From contig JBEPVB010000002.1 of the NCBI GenBank assembly GCA_041691215.1, positions 1-53,089 on the forward strand: DNA of 53,089 bases. Direction: 5' to 3'. Both the position numbers and the translations under genes were made by a program. Position 1 is the first letter of the stretch. The number at the start of each line of letters is the position of its first letter. Below, one piece after another: positions 44,371-53,089 of the stretch. The notes beneath the pieces are model-generated. The model ran no database searches. It worked only from the letters and a program-made list of their open reading frames with translations, and was not told the origin of the DNA. This DNA is from Chloroflexota bacterium (GTDB lineage: Bacteria > Chloroflexota > Limnocylindria > Limnocylindrales > CSP1-4).

Positions 44371-45161
44371 CGGTGGTGGCCGCAGCGGGGCGTGTCGAGC
44401 TCGAGGGGATCGACGTTCGGTTCGAGCGGGCCGCTGCCCAGGACACGGTCGCCCTCCAGGGCCTCGACCTGCGCGTGGGCGCCGGCGAGATCGTCTCGGT
44501 CATCGGACCCAACGGTTGCGGCAAGAGCACGATGCTGCGGGTCATCGCCGGGCTCATCGCTCCGAGCCAGGGCACGGCGACGCTGGACGAGCGGCCGATC
44601 GAGGGGCCCAATCGCCGCATCGGCCTCGTCTTCCAGGAGCCCCGCCTGTTGCCCTGGCGAACGGTCGCCGCGAACGTGGCCTACCCGGCCGAGCTTGCCG
44701 GGATCCCCGAACCGGCTCGCGATGCCCGTGTGACGGCCCTCCTGGGGCGGGTCGGCCTCCTCGACGCCGCCGGCCTCGTACCGTCACAGCTGTCGGGCGG
44801 GATGCGCCAGCGCGCCGCCCTGGCTCGAGCCCTGGCCCTCGAGCCCGACGTGCTCCTCCTCGACGAGCCCTTCAGCGCCCTCGACGCGATGACGCGAGAA
44901 CGCTTCAACGTCGAGCTGCTGGCCCTCTGGGGCCGACTTCGGACCACGATCGTGGTCGTGACCCACAGCATCTCCGAGGCGATCTTCCTCGGCGATCGCG
45001 TCGCCGTCCTTTCGGCCCGACCCGGGCATCTCGTCGCCGACATCACCGTCCCCCTCGAACGACCCCGGACGCTCGACATGCTCGACGAGGCCGCGGCGAC
45101 GTCGACGGCGCGCGAGGTCCGCCGCCACCTTGCCGCGGCCGAGGCGGGAGACGAGACATGA
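44367..45161 (+). CDS. ABC transporter ATP-binding protein, NitT/TauT (nitrate/sulfonate/taurine) family
   Basis: ATGA overlap. GPNGCGKST, VFQEPRLLPWRTV, LSGGMRQRAALARAL, LLLDEPFSALDAMTR. Confidence 0.9.
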   Translation: MTVVAAAGRVELEGIDVRFERAAAQDTVALQGLDLRVGAGEIVSVIGPNGCGKSTMLRVIAGLIAPSQGTATLDERPIEGPNRRIGLVFQEPRLLPWRTVAANVAYPAELAGIPEPARDARVTALLGRVGLLDAAGLVPSQLSGGMRQRAALARALALEPDVLLLDEPFSALDAMTRERFNVELLALWGRLRTTIVVVTHSISEAIFLGDRVAVLSARPGHLVADITVPLERPRTLDMLDEAAATSTAREVRRHLAAAEAGDET

Positions 45162-45907
45162 AGCGGGGAGCGATCCTCGCCGGGCTCGCCGCGCTGACCG
45201 TGTTCGTGCTCATCTGGAAGGCCGTCGTGATCGTGAGCGGATTCCCGCCGTTCATCCTGCCGCCGCCCGAGGCCGTGGCGGGACGGCTGGTCCAGGCCTG
45301 GACCACCGGCACGATCGAGCCGCACGCGGCGGCGACCCTCCTGGAGATCGGCCTCGGCTTCCTGGTCGGGACGCTGCTGGCGCTCCCGGTCGGCTATGGC
45401 CTCGCCCGATCAGCCATCATCGCCCGCCTCGTTTCGCCCTACATCGTGGCCGCCCAGGCGACGCCGATCCTCGCCCTCGCCCCGGTCCTGGTCCTGTGGT
45501 TCGGGCCCGGGCTCCTGGGCAAGGTCGTGATCTGCGCCCTCATCGTGTTCTTCCCGATCGCGGTCTCGGCGATGGTCGGGCTGCGATCCGTCGATGCGGG
45601 CCTGCTCGAGCTCGGACGGAGCCTCCGGGCCACGCGGCGCCAGGTGCTGCTGACGCTCGAGATCCCGGCCGCCCTGCCGTCGATCTTCGGCGGCCTCCGG
45701 ATCGGGATCACCCTGGCCGTGGTCGGCGCCATCGTCAGCGAGTGGGCGGGCGCCGAGCGAGGCCTCGGCGTCCTGGTCAACCTCGCCCGCGGCAGCCTGT
45801 TCGACACGCCCCTGATGTTCGCGACGCTCGTGACGATCGCCGGCATCGGGATCGTCCTCTACCTGATCGTCGTCCTCGTCGAGCGAAGGCTCGTCGGGCA
45901 ACGTTGA
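45158..45907 (+). CDS. ABC transporter permease, NitT/TauT family
   Basis: ATGA overlap. Binding-protein-dependent permease EAA-like loop ELGRSLRATRRQVLLTLEIPAALPSIFGGLRIG. Confidence 0.88.
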   Translation: MKRGAILAGLAALTVFVLIWKAVVIVSGFPPFILPPPEAVAGRLVQAWTTGTIEPHAAATLLEIGLGFLVGTLLALPVGYGLARSAIIARLVSPYIVAAQATPILALAPVLVLWFGPGLLGKVVICALIVFFPIAVSAMVGLRSVDAGLLELGRSLRATRRQVLLTLEIPAALPSIFGGLRIGITLAVVGAIVSEWAGAERGLGVLVNLARGSLFDTPLMFATLVTIAGIGIVLYLIVVLVERRLVGQR

Positions 45908-45929
45908 ACCCTGACCCGAGGAGATACCC

Positions 45930-46928
45930 GTGAACCGACGCGCGCCCGCCCTGCTCGCCCTCGGCCTCGTCGCCGCCATCGCCGGCGGCTGTACCGGGAA
46001 GACCGCCAGCCCCAGCCTCGGGACGACGTCCCTGACGGTGGGCCTGGGCTACATCGCGAGCGTCCAGTTCGCGCCCTTCTATCTGGCCGACCAGGCAGGC
46101 TATTACGCAACCGCCGGGCTGAAGGTGACGTTCCAGAACAAGATCGAGACGGACCTCGTCCGGCTCGTCGGGGCGGGCACCATCGACATCGGAGTCGCCG
46201 ATGGGACCGACGTCATCCCGGCCGTCAGCCAGGCCATTCCGGTCCGCTACGTGGCCACCCTCTATCGGGCCTTCCCGTCGGTCGTGTTCGCCAAGAAGAG
46301 CGCCGGGATCGCGACGGCCGCCGACCTGCGTGGTCACAAGATCGGGATCCCCGGGCGCTACGGCAGCTCATGGGTGATGCTCCAGGCCCTGCTCGGCTCG
46401 GCCGGCCTGACGCCCGATGACGTCCAGATCGTGGAATACCCGGATTTCGGACAGCTTGCCGGCGTCCAGCAGGGCGCGGTTGACGCCGCGACCGGCTTCG
46501 TCAACAACGAGCCCGTGCAGCTCAGCCTGGCCGGCACGCCGGCCACGATCCTGGCCGTGGACAGCATCGTCCCACTACCCGGCCCTGGGCTGATCAGCGC
46601 GACGTCGACGCTGGCGTCGAAGCAGGCCGCCGTGGCGGCCTTCGTGGCCGCGACCCTGCGGGCCATGAACGACATCGCCGCCGTCCCGGCGAAGGGGCTC
46701 GATGCCGCGATCAAGGTCGTCCCGGACCTGGCCAACGATCGAGCCACGCAGACCGCGGTGCTCGACGCGACGATCGCCGCCTGGAAAGGGCCGGCCGGCT
46801 CGGCCGCGATCGGCAGCATCGACGCCGCAAGCTGGCAGCGATCGATCGAGTTCATGGGCACCCTCGGCCTGGTTCCCAACGCCGTCACGGTCGACGGCCT
46901 CCTACGGTTGGACCTGCTGCCACACTGA
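45930..46928 (+). CDS. ABC substrate-binding lipoprotein, NMT1/THI5-like
   Basis: Lipobox AIAGGC. LTVGLGYIASVQFAPFYLADQAGYY, GAGTIDIGVADG, GHKIGIPGRYGSS. Confidence 0.85.
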   Translation: MNRRAPALLALGLVAAIAGGCTGKTASPSLGTTSLTVGLGYIASVQFAPFYLADQAGYYATAGLKVTFQNKIETDLVRLVGAGTIDIGVADGTDVIPAVSQAIPVRYVATLYRAFPSVVFAKKSAGIATAADLRGHKIGIPGRYGSSWVMLQALLGSAGLTPDDVQIVEYPDFGQLAGVQQGAVDAATGFVNNEPVQLSLAGTPATILAVDSIVPLPGPGLISATSTLASKQAAVAAFVAATLRAMNDIAAVPAKGLDAAIKVVPDLANDRATQTAVLDATIAAWKGPAGSAAIGSIDAASWQRSIEFMGTLGLVPNAVTVDGLLRLDLLPH

Positions 46929-46962
46929 GGCGCATCGAGCGTCCTCGCGACGAAGGAGACCA

Positions 46963-47859
46963 TTGGCGACAACGAAGCAGCCGCCCGTCGTCATCGCCTT
47001 CGCCTACGGTGCCAACGACTGGAAGACGACCGAGGTTCGACCGGCCTTCGAGGCAAACCTGCCCGGGATCGATATCGCCTTCGAGCCCGTCGACTGGCGG
47101 CCGTACCTGCCCTCGCCACAGGCGCACCTGCTGCGGTTCGTACGAAATCGCGAGGGGGCCTCGGCCGAGACATCGACGAGCTCGGGCAGCTCGAAGCGCT
47201 CGCCCGCGACCGCGTGGTACCCGGCCCGCACGGATCTGGCCGAGACCGCCGCCGAACGCCAGGCGATTGCCGTTGGCCGGCAGGCCGGTCGCGTCTCGCT
47301 CGATCCGCTGACGCGGCCGGCGATGCGGGTGGTCCACCACGCGATGGTTGATCGCGCCGGGATCACGATGGCCGATGTCCTGGGCTACCTGCGCGACCCC
47401 GACGCGGTCATTGCCCCCGTCTGCGAGCGCCTCCTCGAGATCCGGCGCGGGGCGGAGGAGCGGCCGGTCGTGGCCGTGGGCCTCAGCCTGGGCGGGATCA
47501 TCCTCGTGGATTCGCTCGCCCGTCTCCTCACCGACGCGAAGCGGCCCGAGGCCGAGCGATCACCTGCCGACCTGCTGGTGACGGTCGGCTCCCAGTCGGC
47601 GGCCCTCAGGACGATGGGCGTCATGCCCTCGGCACCCCGGGATGTCATCCATCCCCGGCTCTTCACGCCGTGGCTCAACGTCTGGCACGAGCATGACTAC
47701 CTGAGCTACCCGATCGGGCCGATGTTCGAGCATCTTGGCGACATCAGCGATCGCCGGGCCGTCCAGCGCGGGGCGTTTCCGGGGGTCCACTCGGGCTACC
47801 TGAACCGCTCTTCGCGGTTCTTCGATCACCTGGCCGAGGCGATCCGCGCGCGATTCTGA
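46963..47859 (+). CDS. Hypothetical protein, possible alpha/beta-hydrolase fold
   Basis: TTG 46963 has GAAGGAG 5 nt upstream. VVAVGLSLGGIILVDS (GxSxG). Later WHEHDYLSYP and GVHSGYL. I recognise no family. Confidence 0.55.
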   Translation: MATTKQPPVVIAFAYGANDWKTTEVRPAFEANLPGIDIAFEPVDWRPYLPSPQAHLLRFVRNREGASAETSTSSGSSKRSPATAWYPARTDLAETAAERQAIAVGRQAGRVSLDPLTRPAMRVVHHAMVDRAGITMADVLGYLRDPDAVIAPVCERLLEIRRGAEERPVVAVGLSLGGIILVDSLARLLTDAKRPEAERSPADLLVTVGSQSAALRTMGVMPSAPRDVIHPRLFTPWLNVWHEHDYLSYPIGPMFEHLGDISDRRAVQRGAFPGVHSGYLNRSSRFFDHLAEAIRARF

Positions 47860-47898
47860 GCAATCCGGAGACCCGGGCCGGCCCGCTGCCACGGGGGC

Positions 47899-47914
47899 GC
47901 CGCCGAGCGGCGGC
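47899..47914. terminator. Short GC hairpin between convergent genes
   Basis: GCCGCC-GAGC-GGCGGC, nested in a longer imperfect repeat CCGCTGCC...GGCAGCGG. Confidence 0.3.
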
Positions 47915-47924
47915 AGCGGCGGCG

Positions 47925-48206
47925 TCAGCCGGTGGCGGCAACCGCCGCGATCGCGGCATCCAGGTCGTCGTCGGACGGCTCCACGAGGACGCGCGCCGGA
48001 TTCAGCGGATCGCCGATGAGGATCGTCGGGGTGACCCGATTGCCGCCGTTGAACGAGCGGTTCCGGGCGTCGGCTTCGGGATCGAGCTCGACGTTGCCGT
48101 AGGTGTAGAGAATGCCCGTGGCATCGAGGTGGGCCCGGGAGCGAATGGTGTCGTCGCACGTGTCACGGCCGAGGACGAGGATCGGGGGATGCGTACCCAT
48201 GGTCAT
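47925..48206 (-). CDS. Glutaredoxin/NrdH-fold protein lacking the CxxC dithiol
   Basis: ILVLGRDTCDDTIRSRAHLDATGILYTYGNVELD...RVTPTILIG matches the Grx fold layout, but the active-site position reads TCDD. Confidence 0.6.
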   Translation of the reverse strand: MTMGTHPPILVLGRDTCDDTIRSRAHLDATGILYTYGNVELDPEADARNRSFNGGNRVTPTILIGDPLNPARVLVEPSDDDLDAAIAAVAATG

Positions 48207-48232
48207 GCTTGGGATTCTGCCGGAGTCGGCCG

Positions 48233-48514
48233 CTACGCGTCGAAGCGTGCCGGCTCGCCCCGTGAGGCGGCCGTCGCCGCGGCGAGGACGGCGTCACGGA
48301 GGGCCGGCTCCGAGGCCGCGGCACCACACGCCACGCACTGGATCTCGGGGTGGTCGACCGGCTCGAGCCCGTCGTCGGGGGTCCGGAGTCCCAGGAGCTT
48401 CATCCCGTTCGGGTCGATCATCGCTCGGTCGTGGGCGCGGACGGGGCTGTCGATCTGCCAGGCCGCGGTCGGGCTCTGGCATGCCGGGCAGAGAGGCACG
48501 GCGGACGGGCTCAC
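48233..48514 (-). CDS. Hypothetical protein with two CxxC pairs
   Basis: ATGA overlap with the helicase stop. LCPACQ ... QCVACG, about 47 aa apart. Confidence 0.5.
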   Translation of the reverse strand: MSPSAVPLCPACQSPTAAWQIDSPVRAHDRAMIDPNGMKLLGLRTPDDGLEPVDHPEIQCVACGAAASEPALRDAVLAAATAASRGEPARFDA

Positions 48515-50265
48515 CAGCGACCCCCGCGAGGCGCGGCTGGACGGCGATCCGGGCCGGGTCGGCCGGCGGAAGGGTGACCGCCCCCGGGTCGACCAGCTCC
48601 GGGACGACCGGACGACGGGTGGCCGCCCGATCCGCCGGCCGGCGAGCCGCCCGCGGGATAGCCACCCTGGGCGGCGCGACTGCCTTGGCCCGGACGTCCG
48701 GGCGACCCCTGGTGAGCATCGCGACCAGGGTTGTGGCCCTGGCCCGGTCGGTTGCCTGGACCCGAGCGGCCGCCGCCGGGTCGACCCGCGGGCGCCGGGC
48801 GGCCGTCAGCGCGATGGGCGAAGCGCTCGCCGGGAAGGGAACCGAAGCCCGTCCCGGCGGGGCGAAACCCGCCGGAGGCGTGACCGTTCTGGGGGTGAGC
48901 CGGGGCGCCATGCGACGGGGCGCCATGGCCGGGTCCGGCGTGTCCGCCGCCGGGGCGCCCGGCGAACGGCGGCCTGGCCGGCGGTCCCTGGGGCCGTCCG
49001 AACCCTGGCCGGCGCGAACCGCCGAAGCCCGCGGGGGCGACCTGTCCGCCCATCGTTCGAAGGCGGATCGGCTCGGGACGGATTGATCGGTCGGGCTCGT
49101 AGCCCGGGATCGTCTCGACGTCGATCCGGTGGCCGAGGAGCGTCTCGATGTCCCGCAGGAGGCGGGTCTCGTCGACGCAGACGAGGGAGATCGCGTCGCC
49201 GGTCGTGCCGGCCCGGCCGGTCCGGCCAATCCGGTGGAGGTAGTCCTCCGGGGTCATCGGCAGCTCGTAGTTGATGACGTGGGGCAGCTCTTCGATGTCG
49301 ATGCCGCGGGCCGCGACCTCCGTGGCGACGAGGATCGAGACCCGGCCGGCCTTGAAATCGTTGAGGGCCCTGACGCGCTGGCTCTGGCTCCGATTGCCGT
49401 GGATCGCCGCGGCCAGGATGCCGTCCTTGACGAGCTGCTCGGCGAGGCGGTTCGCGCCGTGCTTGGTCCGGGTGAAGACGAGGGCCTGGTCGATGCGGCC
49501 GGAGGCCACGAGCTCGCGAAGCAGGTCGCGCTTCCGCTCGCGGTCGACGCGGATCACGACCTGGCGGACGAGGTCGGTAGCCGTGTTCCGGGGCGTCACC
49601 TGGACCATCGCCGGGTTGCGCAGGAAGGCATCGGCGAGGCCCTTGATCTCGTCCGAGAAGGTCGCCGAGAAGAGAAGGTTCTGGCGCTGGTCCGGCAGGA
49701 TCGCGAGGATCTTGCGGATGTCCCGGATGAAGCCCATGTCGAGCATCCGGTCGGCCTCGTCGAGGACGAGGATCTCGACGGCCGAGAGGTCGACCATGCC
49801 CTGGCCGATGTGGTCGATGAGCCGGCCGGGCGTCGCGACCACGATATCGGGTCCCCCACGCAAGGCCCGGAACTGGCTGTCGTAGCCGACGCCGCCGTAG
49901 ATCGGGACCGACTTGACAGGGCGCTGGGCGCCGTAGGTCCGGACGCTCTCCTCGACCTGGAGGGCGAGCTCCCGGGTCGGGACCAGGACCAGGACGCGCG
50001 GCGGGCGAGCTCGACGGCGGGCGGGCCCGCCATGGCTGGCGACAGGCAGGCGTTGTTCGGGCGCGGGCTTGCCGTGGAGATGCTGGAGAATCGGCAGCAC
50101 GAAGGCGGCCGTCTTGCCGGTGCCGGTCTGGGCGCCGGCGAGCACATCACGGCCAGCCAGCACGAGGGGAATGGCCTGGGCCTGGACGGGGGTGGGCTCG
50201 GTATAGCCCTGGTCCGCGACGGCGCGGAGGAGCTCGGGCGTCAGCCCGAGTTGATCAAAGGACAC
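48511..50265 (-). CDS. DEAD-box ATP-dependent RNA helicase with ~190-aa Gly/Pro/Arg/His-rich C-terminal tail
   Basis: [40 protein letters not shown]. Tail: [35 protein letters not shown]...[19 protein letters not shown]. Confidence 0.93.
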   Translation of the reverse strand: MSFDQLGLTPELLRAVADQGYTEPTPVQAQAIPLVLAGRDVLAGAQTGTGKTAAFVLPILQHLHGKPAPEQRLPVASHGGPARRRARPPRVLVLVPTRELALQVEESVRTYGAQRPVKSVPIYGGVGYDSQFRALRGGPDIVVATPGRLIDHIGQGMVDLSAVEILVLDEADRMLDMGFIRDIRKILAILPDQRQNLLFSATFSDEIKGLADAFLRNPAMVQVTPRNTATDLVRQVVIRVDRERKRDLLRELVASGRIDQALVFTRTKHGANRLAEQLVKDGILAAAIHGNRSQSQRVRALNDFKAGRVSILVATEVAARGIDIEELPHVINYELPMTPEDYLHRIGRTGRAGTTGDAISLVCVDETRLLRDIETLLGHRIDVETIPGYEPDRSIRPEPIRLRTMGGQVAPAGFGGSRRPGFGRPQGPPARPPFAGRPGGGHAGPGHGAPSHGAPAHPQNGHASGGFRPAGTGFGSLPGERFAHRADGRPAPAGRPGGGRSGPGNRPGQGHNPGRDAHQGSPGRPGQGSRAAQGGYPAGGSPAGGSGGHPSSGRPGAGRPGGGHPSAGRPGPDRRPAAPRGGRW

Positions 50266-50461
50266 GGAATTGGTGCTCCTGACGGGGCCCTCCCGCTCGC
50301 TGGCGGGGCCCGGTCAGGGCAAGAAGTGGATCGAAATCAACGGTATGTGACCGGGGCGCTGACCGGAGCGCCCATCGAGCTCGAAGGCCGGAAGCATAGC
50401 CGGGATCGCCCGATTGGGGAAGGCACGTGCGCGGACAGAGGCCGCGGGCCTCGTAGCGCGT

Positions 50462-51322
50462 CTAGTTCGGGCGCCCGCCGCCGCCCATCTCGCTGCCGCG
50501 ATCGCGCAGGAAGCGCTCGATGTCGGCGATGAGATCGTCCCCGGCGGGGAGCCGCGACTCATCGACCATGCCTTCGAGGCGCTCGACGTAGTTTCGGGTG
50601 TTGTCGTCGAGCGCGGCCGCGCTGTCGAGGCGCTGGCGAAGGGCGCGGGCCTCCTCGGGCAGGTCGCCCTCGGCCATCTCGATATCGAGGTGGCGTCCCA
50701 CCGCCCGAAGGAGCTCGGCCGACGCGCCCGGGTACTCGCCCGAGACGTAGTGGGGGATCTGGGCGAAGTAGCCGACCGACGGGATGCCGGACCGCGAGAT
50801 GGCCATGTCGACGACCGAGATGCAGGCGGCCGGGACGCGGAGGAGGCCTTCGGGACCGGCCTGGATGTCGCCCTTCAGGAGGCCGGGCTGGGACGACGTT
50901 CCGAGGATCGGCACGGGCCGGGTGTGGGGCACGGCCGCCGGGATCGCCCCCAGGCTGATCCACTCCTTGACCTCGAGCTGGCGGGCGATCTCCACGAGGT
51001 CGGCTGCGAAGCGCCGCCACTTGAAGTCCGGCTCGGCGCCGGTGAGGACGAGCACGTCGCGCTCCTGGAGGCGTTTCCGCCGCATCGTCAGGGCCGGCCA
51101 GGTCAGTCGCTCCGGGCGTCCGTCCTGGATCTCGAGGGTTGGGCGGCGAGACCGGAAGTCGAAGAGCTGGTCGCCGTCGAACTCGACGACGAGGTCGCCG
51201 CCCGCGGCGAGCAGCTTCAGGGCGCCTGTCGCCGCCGAGCCGGCGTCGACCCAGCCGTCGAAGGCGGCGACCACCGCCGGGTCGCGGAGGTCGTCGGGCG
51301 GGGTCAGTCGATAGAGCGCCAT
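50462..51322 (-). CDS. PAC2-family (proteasome assembly chaperone 2-like) protein
   Basis: VVAAFDGWVDAGSAA, FDFRSRRP, LTGAEPDFKWRRF, SLGAIPAAVPHTRP, YFAQIPHYV. Confidence 0.88.
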   Translation of the reverse strand: MALYRLTPPDDLRDPAVVAAFDGWVDAGSAATGALKLLAAGGDLVVEFDGDQLFDFRSRRPTLEIQDGRPERLTWPALTMRRKRLQERDVLVLTGAEPDFKWRRFAADLVEIARQLEVKEWISLGAIPAAVPHTRPVPILGTSSQPGLLKGDIQAGPEGLLRVPAACISVVDMAISRSGIPSVGYFAQIPHYVSGEYPGASAELLRAVGRHLDIEMAEGDLPEEARALRQRLDSAAALDDNTRNYVERLEGMVDESRLPAGDDLIADIERFLRDRGSEMGGGGRPN

Positions 51323-51330
51323 GGAGGTTG

Positions 51331-51735
51331 CTATCCGCTGGTCGGCCAGCGGGCGACCGCGCCGTCGACGACGGGCAGGGCGTCCCAGTCGGAGCGAACT
51401 GGCGTGAAGACGTCGATGACGACGGCCCCATCCGGTCCCGCGTTCACGCTGTGGGGACGATCCGAGCCAATCCGCCAGGTACCGCCGGGGCCGAGGATTC
51501 GTGTCTCGCCCTCGACCGTGAAGTACATCAGGCCCTCGATGACGATGCCCATCTGCTCGGCCGGGTGGCGGTGCTCGGGCACGACCGCGTTGGGCCCGAG
51601 CTCGACGACCGCGAGCGTCATCCGCTCGCCCTCGACCCGCCGAGCGCGAACGGCGTCGCCCCAGACCTCGATCAGGGGCGCATCCGTGATGTCGACAAGG
51701 TTGCGCATGGCCGGAGCATAGCGCGGGTCACTCAT
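51331..51735 (-). CDS. Cupin domain protein
   Basis: ATG 51735 (MSDPRYA). VPEHRHPAEQMGIVIEGLMYFTVEG, RPHSV. Confidence 0.75.
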   Translation of the reverse strand: MSDPRYAPAMRNLVDITDAPLIEVWGDAVRARRVEGERMTLAVVELGPNAVVPEHRHPAEQMGIVIEGLMYFTVEGETRILGPGGTWRIGSDRPHSVNAGPDGAVVIDVFTPVRSDWDALPVVDGAVARWPTSG

Positions 51736-51770
51736 CGAGCTGCGCGGCCCGGTTAGGGATACTTCGCGGG

Positions 51771-53003
51771 ATGGAGATCTCCCGCGACGTCGCCCGGCGG
51801 TGCATCCTCGGCCGGCAGGGGCTGTGGCCAGGCCGGCGCTGGCGGGGCATCCGGGGCACCGAGCGCGCAATGCGGACGATGGAGCACTTGCAGCTCGATC
51901 CGCTGGTCGTCATCGCTCGGGCGCAGGACCTGATTCTCGCCAGCCGGGTCGTCGACTATCGACTCGACGACTGGTCGCGCCTCACCCACGGGAAGCGGCG
52001 GTTCTTCGAGTGGGGCGGCTGGCTGGCCGTCCGGCCGATGGACGAGCTGCCCCATTGGCGGGTGCTGATGCGCCGCGAGCGCGGGCAGGCATGGCTGCAG
52101 GGGGTCCTCGACGAGCACGGCCCGGTCGTCGACGAGATGCGCCGCGAGCTTCACCAGCGCCGCGCCGTCAGCAACCGCGACTTCGCGATGGGCGATCGGA
52201 CGCGGGTCGACAGCCACCGTGGCCGGAAGGACAGTGCCCGCGTTCTCTACTACCTCTGGCGCACCGGGGAGGCGATGATCCTCCGACGCGAGCGCTTCGA
52301 GCGCGTCTACGCCCTCGCGGAAACCATCGTCCCGGCCGAATTCCTCGTCGAGAGCCCGGATGCGGTGGCCGACGAGTTCCTCCTGCGCAAGGCCATCGCC
52401 GCACGCGGCTTCTCGCGCTTGAATGGCGCCTCCGCGCTGCTGGGGCGGGAGGTCCCGGCCAGGGAGATCGCCGCCTGGCGGAAGGCGCGGCTGGAAGACG
52501 GCACGCTCATCGAGCTCGAGGTCGAGGGCCTGAAGGGCCGGCAGGTTGCCCTGGCCAGCGATCTCCCGCAACTCCAGGTCCTCAGCGCCGGCCGCGTCCC
52601 GCATGCCTGGAAGCCGCTCGGCCCGACGACATCGGACGAGGCGACCTTCATCGCGCCCCTCGATCCGATCATCAGCGACCGCGATCGCGCCCGGCAGCTG
52701 TTCGAGTTCGACTACAAGTGGGAGGTCTACGACCCGCCCGAGCGCCGCCGCTGGGGCTACTACACGCTCCCGATCCTGTGGGGTGACCGGCTCGTGGCAC
52801 GCTTCGACGCCAAGCTCCACCGGCCGGACATGACCATCGTCATCAACGGCCTCTGGCTCGAGAACGAAGCGCTGGCGGGTGATGAGGCCTTTGCCGAAGC
52901 GCTCGCCCTTGGGATGAACCGCTTCCTCGCTTTCCTCGACGCCCGGCTCGATGCCGGCCAGGTCCCCCAGGCGATCCTGCGGAAGCGGCTGGAAGCCCTC
53001 TGA
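51771..53003 (+). CDS. Winged-helix DUF1006/HTH_42 protein, YcaQ-like DNA glycosylase family
   Basis: HLQLDPLVVIARAQDLIL (Q-hydrophobic-D motif), FEWGGW, LYYLWRTGE, FIAPLDPIISDRDRARQLFEFDYKWEVY, RWGYYTLPILWGDRLVARFD. Confidence 0.85.
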   Translation: MEISRDVARRCILGRQGLWPGRRWRGIRGTERAMRTMEHLQLDPLVVIARAQDLILASRVVDYRLDDWSRLTHGKRRFFEWGGWLAVRPMDELPHWRVLMRRERGQAWLQGVLDEHGPVVDEMRRELHQRRAVSNRDFAMGDRTRVDSHRGRKDSARVLYYLWRTGEAMILRRERFERVYALAETIVPAEFLVESPDAVADEFLLRKAIAARGFSRLNGASALLGREVPAREIAAWRKARLEDGTLIELEVEGLKGRQVALASDLPQLQVLSAGRVPHAWKPLGPTTSDEATFIAPLDPIISDRDRARQLFEFDYKWEVYDPPERRRWGYYTLPILWGDRLVARFDAKLHRPDMTIVINGLWLENEALAGDEAFAEALALGMNRFLAFLDARLDAGQVPQAILRKRLEAL

Positions 53004-53089
53004 CAGTCGACTGCAACCCTCGTCGTCGGGCCAGTCGCATCCCGATCGCCTCGCGGAGCGCACACTGGGGCCATGACGATCGATAACAA

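Noticed and set aside
53072-53089. Possible start of another plus-strand gene (ATGACGATCGATAACAA) at the window edge.
   Set aside because: Only 6 codons are visible, so there is no way to support it.

Overview
Very GC-rich bacterial chromosomal window (third codon positions are almost all G/C). This produces many long spurious antisense and alternative-frame ORFs in the track. I resolve about 55 genes by reading the translations. I found no rRNA, tRNA, CRISPR array, transposase, integrase or prophage genes.

Gene content looks Actinomycetota-like or related Terrabacteria: PAC2, an F420/deazaflavin-type Ddn-family oxidoreductase, ThyX, many 4-bp ATGA/GTGA start-stop overlaps, and I-shaped hairpin terminators. 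That placement is inference.

Gene order:
- mscS-like channel, S9 peptidase, acs, unknown protein
- (minus) CpaE-like ATPase and a coiled-coil protein
- moaA, a 420-bp intergenic region, punA, TolB-like lipoprotein
- (minus) cNMP-binding protein, cyclase-STAND-TPR, MFS, thyX, bicupin
- (plus) second cNMP-binding protein, flavoprotein, CC-motif protein, LysE, sarcosine-oxidase-like
- (minus) Zn-ribbon, class II aldolase, aquaporin
- ABC-2 exporter pair, tag, hydrolase, transglycosylase
- (minus) amidohydrolase, cupin, kinase, RidA, divergent from an ACC-deaminase-like gene
- (minus) extended GreA and a cupredoxin; then a beta-lactamase-like hydrolase
- paralogue of the first unknown protein; DEAD-box helicase 1
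- DUF2089/DUF4097/SHOCT-like module; HhH-GPD glycosylase; Ddn-like; frameshifted HPr
- SorC, FGGY kinase, NitT/TauT-type ABC transporter; hydrolase-like protein
- (minus) DEAD-box helicase 2, 2xCxxC protein, Grx-like protein; PAC2; cupin; YcaQ-like glycosylase

No recognisable named defence or mobile system is present. The leads I rank highest:
1. A GreA with a ~280-aa N-terminal extension containing a GIY-YIG-like core, translationally coupled to a cupredoxin.
2. A cyclic-nucleotide island with two divergent stand-alone cNMP-binding proteins that have non-canonical phosphate-binding cassettes.
3. A pseudo-receiver ParA/MinD-type ATPase paired with a coiled-coil protein, with no pilus genes nearby.
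4. A two-member paralogous family of unknown function.
5. A cluster of DnaA-box-like 9-mers in the largest intergenic region.

Start codons are my best reading and may be off by a few codons. All homology calls come from motif recognition by eye, not from searches.
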